A stretch of DNA of 64,000 bases. Source: Candidatus Staskawiczbacteria bacterium. GTDB lineage: Bacteria; Patescibacteriota; Minisyncoccia; Minisyncoccales; Staskawiczbacteraceae. The translations under genes were made by a program, and so were the position numbers. Location: the NCBI GenBank assembly GCA_903835075.1, contig CAILLM010000004.1, positions 80,532 through 144,531 on the forward strand. The letters run 5' to 3'. Shown here piece by piece: positions 61,734 through 64,000 of the stretch (position 1 is its first letter; each line of letters opens with the position of its first letter). The notes below the pieces were generated by a model. That model had not been told where the DNA came from. It saw only the letters and a program-made list of their open reading frames with translations, and did not search any database.

Positions 61734-62447
61734 ATGGAAAATAACGGCGAAACAAAAAAGTGTTTGCATTGCCAAACGGATATTCCGTTAAAAGCCAAGA
61801 AATGTCCACATTGTCAAAGCGATTTAAGAAGTTTCTGGGCTCGACATATAATATTTACGGGCTTTTTACTTATGATATTGCTTGTAATATTTATGGGTAT
61901 GATCAGTGATCTTATCTCTGGGTTTAGCACCAGTACAACAAATAATCAGCCACAAACAAAGGTAAAAACGCAGTTAAGTCCGGAACTTACCCAAAAAAGC
62001 AAGGAGGCCTTGGCAAGCATGAAAAAGGATCGTGATGATATAGGACAAGTTACTTTTTATCTAGACCCTTCGTCACCATTATCACACAACACAAATAATG
62101 TTGAGGTCTATATCTCTAAACCAGATGATGAAAGTGCTATTCTCCGTTTCGCTGTTTCGTATGCTGGTGAAGAGTGGTTGTTTATAAACAAATATATATT
62201 TAACATTGATGGAAAAAATGTTGAGGTGAATCCTTACAAAGTAGAAAGAGACAATTCAAACACTATCTGGGAATGGTCTGATGACCCTATAACAACAGAC
62301 TGGTCTGCATTAGCGTTTGCCATCGCACACTCTAAGGTAGCCAAAATAAGATATGTTGGAACAAAATATTATGATGACAGAGTAATAACTGAAACTGAAA
62401 AAAAAGCTATTAATAATGTCTTGAATGCCTATTTAGTAGTTAAATAA
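61734..62447 (+). CDS. Zinc-ribbon, single-TM protein with an extracytosolic domain, unknown function
   Basis: CLHCQTDIPLKAKKCPHCQSDL zinc ribbon, a TM helix (IIFTGFLLMILLVIFMGMI), then about 170 aa. I prefer the ATG at 61734 over the track start at 61680. Confidence 0.5.
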   Translation: MENNGETKKCLHCQTDIPLKAKKCPHCQSDLRSFWARHIIFTGFLLMILLVIFMGMISDLISGFSTSTTNNQPQTKVKTQLSPELTQKSKEALASMKKDRDDIGQVTFYLDPSSPLSHNTNNVEVYISKPDDESAILRFAVSYAGEEWLFINKYIFNIDGKNVEVNPYKVERDNSNTIWEWSDDPITTDWSALAFAIAHSKVAKIRYVGTKYYDDRVITETEKKAINNVLNAYLVVK

Positions 62448-62514
62448 TAATCACACAGGATGTTCTCCCTACATAGATTGATTTTCCTAAGAAAAAGAGT
62501 ATAAATGGTATAGC

Positions 62515-63228
62515 ATGAAGAAACCAATTTTATTACTTACAATCCTATTGTCGGCTAGCATTGCTGGGCCCGTTTTTGCTACTTATGGCATTCAAACTAA
62601 AACAAAAAATTGTACCGCAAATCAAATTCTCCAAGACTCCGCCTGCACGCCGGGTGCAGTTTTAACAACCAATACGGCTGTTATTTGTAAAACCGGCTAT
62701 ACAAAAACTGTAAGGAGCGTTTCTGATTCAACAAAGAAGAAAGTGTTTGCAGAATATGGAATACCATATAGCCAACATAGCAACTATGAAGTAGATCATT
62801 TGATTAGTCTTGAACTCGGAGGTGGTAACGATATTTCAAACCTCTGGCCAGAGAATTCCAAAATCAAAAACGGTTCACTTTCAAAAGATAATTTTGAGAA
62901 TTATTTACATAACCAAGTTTGTAAAGGAAAAATGACGTTGGTAGAAGCTCAAAAAGAAATCTCATCGAATTGGGTCACATACTACCAAGCAGTTTCAGCG
63001 GGCAAGCCAATAACTCCTACAACGGTAACACCAACTCAAACTCCGAATCCAGTTCCAACTCCAGTTGTAACGCCGACACCTGTCCAGACCATTATTCCCG
63101 TTGTAACGCCGAGCACAACAGGCCATCCAGCAGGAGTAACCGGAAAATGCAATGACGGAACTTATACTTCTGCGATTAATCATAGCGGAGCTTGCTCTCA
63201 TCACGGTGGAGTCTCCGTATGGTATTAA
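62515..63228 (+). CDS. Secreted HNH-motif nuclease with a Pro/Thr linker and a DUF3761-like Cys tail
   Basis: Signal peptide, YEVDHLISLELGGGNDISNLWPE (HNH core), a PTPV-repeat linker, and a C-terminal GKCNDGTYTSAINHSGACSHHGGV. Confidence 0.65.
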   Translation: MKKPILLLTILLSASIAGPVFATYGIQTKTKNCTANQILQDSACTPGAVLTTNTAVICKTGYTKTVRSVSDSTKKKVFAEYGIPYSQHSNYEVDHLISLELGGGNDISNLWPENSKIKNGSLSKDNFENYLHNQVCKGKMTLVEAQKEISSNWVTYYQAVSAGKPITPTTVTPTQTPNPVPTPVVTPTPVQTIIPVVTPSTTGHPAGVTGKCNDGTYTSAINHSGACSHHGGVSVWY

Positions 63229-63241
63229 TTGCAGTTGATAT

Positions 63242-64000
63242 TTAGAATTTCTTTTTTAACAATCCGTAAGTAATTGGCCTGCTATTATCATCGTCTCCTG
63301 ATTCTGGATCATCCGGTCCATGAATATCGGGGAATGGGCAATATGTCGAACCCTCGGCCATAACCTCTGATACTAGCATGGATAAAGCATCTGCAAGATC
63401 CATGTAATTTTCGCTGCCGAAATTAACTATTTGCATTACCACTTCTTCATTGCCTCGTGGTGCAAATTGCACAGTACCATTTTTGATGTGATGGCTGATT
63501 AAGGCTAAACGTGCACGTTTATCTCCTTGTGGCCTTACGCCTAACGCTGGATATCTTTTTTCTTGCAGAACTTGTACTAATCCTTTTTGGAAACCAACAT
63601 CTTCAACGTAAATTGTTTTTACGTTATAGTTACTATAAAGATATTTTGCCCGTTCAATGATTGTTGGCAAGCCAATGCGTTCGTTGATTGGATAAGGTTG
63701 AATATATATCTTTGTATCTTTGCCCCAACCGAATACTTTAGCAACAATCATAGCCGTGCAAGCAGACTTTTTTTCTTCAGAAATTGCAGGGTCAACTCCA
63801 ATAAATGCTCCTCTGTATCGATTAGCAGTTGTTGGCATCGGGCATTCTCCGTATTGTATCCATTCAGGATGAATAACGCGTTCGTGGTCTGAAACAATGC
63901 GAAGCAAGAATTCTTGGGTGAATGCTTTTTCGTTTCCCACTCTCATCCGTTCGGCTTCTACCGCTGCGAGGTTAGGATATTTTGCTTTCCAGAGAATTTT
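63242..64000 (-). CDS. Phage terminase large subunit, C-terminal nuclease half (partial, continues beyond the window)
   Basis: The frame stays open upstream of the listed Met to base 64000 (KILWKAKYPNLAAVEAER-MRVG...). AFIGVDPAIS...ACTAMIV...IYVEDVGFQ...DLADAL is RNase-H-like TerL nuclease architecture. Confidence 0.6.
   Translation of the reverse strand, partial: KILWKAKYPNLAAVEAERMRVGNEKAFTQEFLLRIVSDHERVIHPEWIQYGECPMPTTANRYRGAFIGVDPAISEEKKSACTAMIVAKVFGWGKDTKIYIQPYPINERIGLPTIIERAKYLYSNYNVKTIYVEDVGFQKGLVQVLQEKRYPALGVRPQGDKRARLALISHHIKNGTVQFAPRGNEEVVMQIVNFGSENYMDLADALSMLVSEVMAEGSTYCPFPDIHGPDDPESGDDDNSRPITYGLLKKKF

Noticed and set aside
61597-61809. A 70-aa minus-strand ORF, and the 61680 GTG-type start of the plus-strand ORF, both overlapping the structured region.
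   Set aside because: The minus ORF spans hairpins and the start of the zinc-ribbon gene and has no motif. The plus-strand protein makes sense from ATG 61734 (MENNGETKKCLHC...). The upstream extension would translate through the terminator-like T-run.

Overview
This is 64 kb of AT-rich, gene-dense bacterial chromosome; typical 60-nt lines hand-count to about 30% G+C. It uses the standard genetic code (TGA is a stop) and has almost no Shine-Dalgarno sequences. The small housekeeping genes and many large secreted Cys-rich surface proteins suggest Patescibacteria/CPR (Parcubacteria-like), but that taxonomic call is inference only.

Left to right the window contains:
- a secreted FN3-like repeat protein
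- a CYTH protein
- a UvrD-type helicase fused to an Fe-S PD-(D/E)xK nuclease
- an amino-acid dehydrogenase
- a tRNA-binding protein
- a Cas4-like nuclease
- an extracytosolic flavinylation module: FMN-binding protein, ApbE, and a membrane domain fused to an FNR-type reductase
- an ECF sigma/anti-sigma pair plus a MacAB-like efflux operon
- an FKBP isomerase
- a GC-rich, probably horizontally acquired purH
- an OCD/mu-crystallin homolog
- MarR plus two HlyD adaptors plus a DHA2 MFS pump
- a CIRCE-controlled mini-hrcA-grpE...dnaK-dnaJ operon split by a 2.8 kb accessory cassette
- tRNA-Lys(UUU)
- a 9.5 kb cluster of five secreted/surface proteins (one of 1407 aa); the last three are built from a recurring four-Cys module
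- a DUF1025-type metallopeptidase-like gene
- recR, dnaB, cysS and a CDP-alcohol phosphatidyltransferase on the minus strand
- a GtrA-like protein
- two tandem 572/573-aa Cys-rich zinc-ribbon paralogs of unknown function
- dnaX
- tRNA-Gln(UUG)

From tRNA-Gln to the window end (about 12 kb) lies an accessory/defence island. It holds a SIR2-like gene abutting a 538-aa partner with a PD-(D/E)xK-like motif, which is my best candidate for an undescribed system. It also holds a large serine recombinase, a DpnII-family GATC R-M system, Gabija (gajA/gajB), a zinc-ribbon membrane protein, a secreted HNH nuclease, and a phage terminase gene cut by the window edge.

Short GC-rich hairpin elements occur in intergenic DNA and in frame inside recR (twice), dnaX, dnaK, the helicase and the metallopeptidase gene. 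I saw no rRNA, CRISPR array or transposase.
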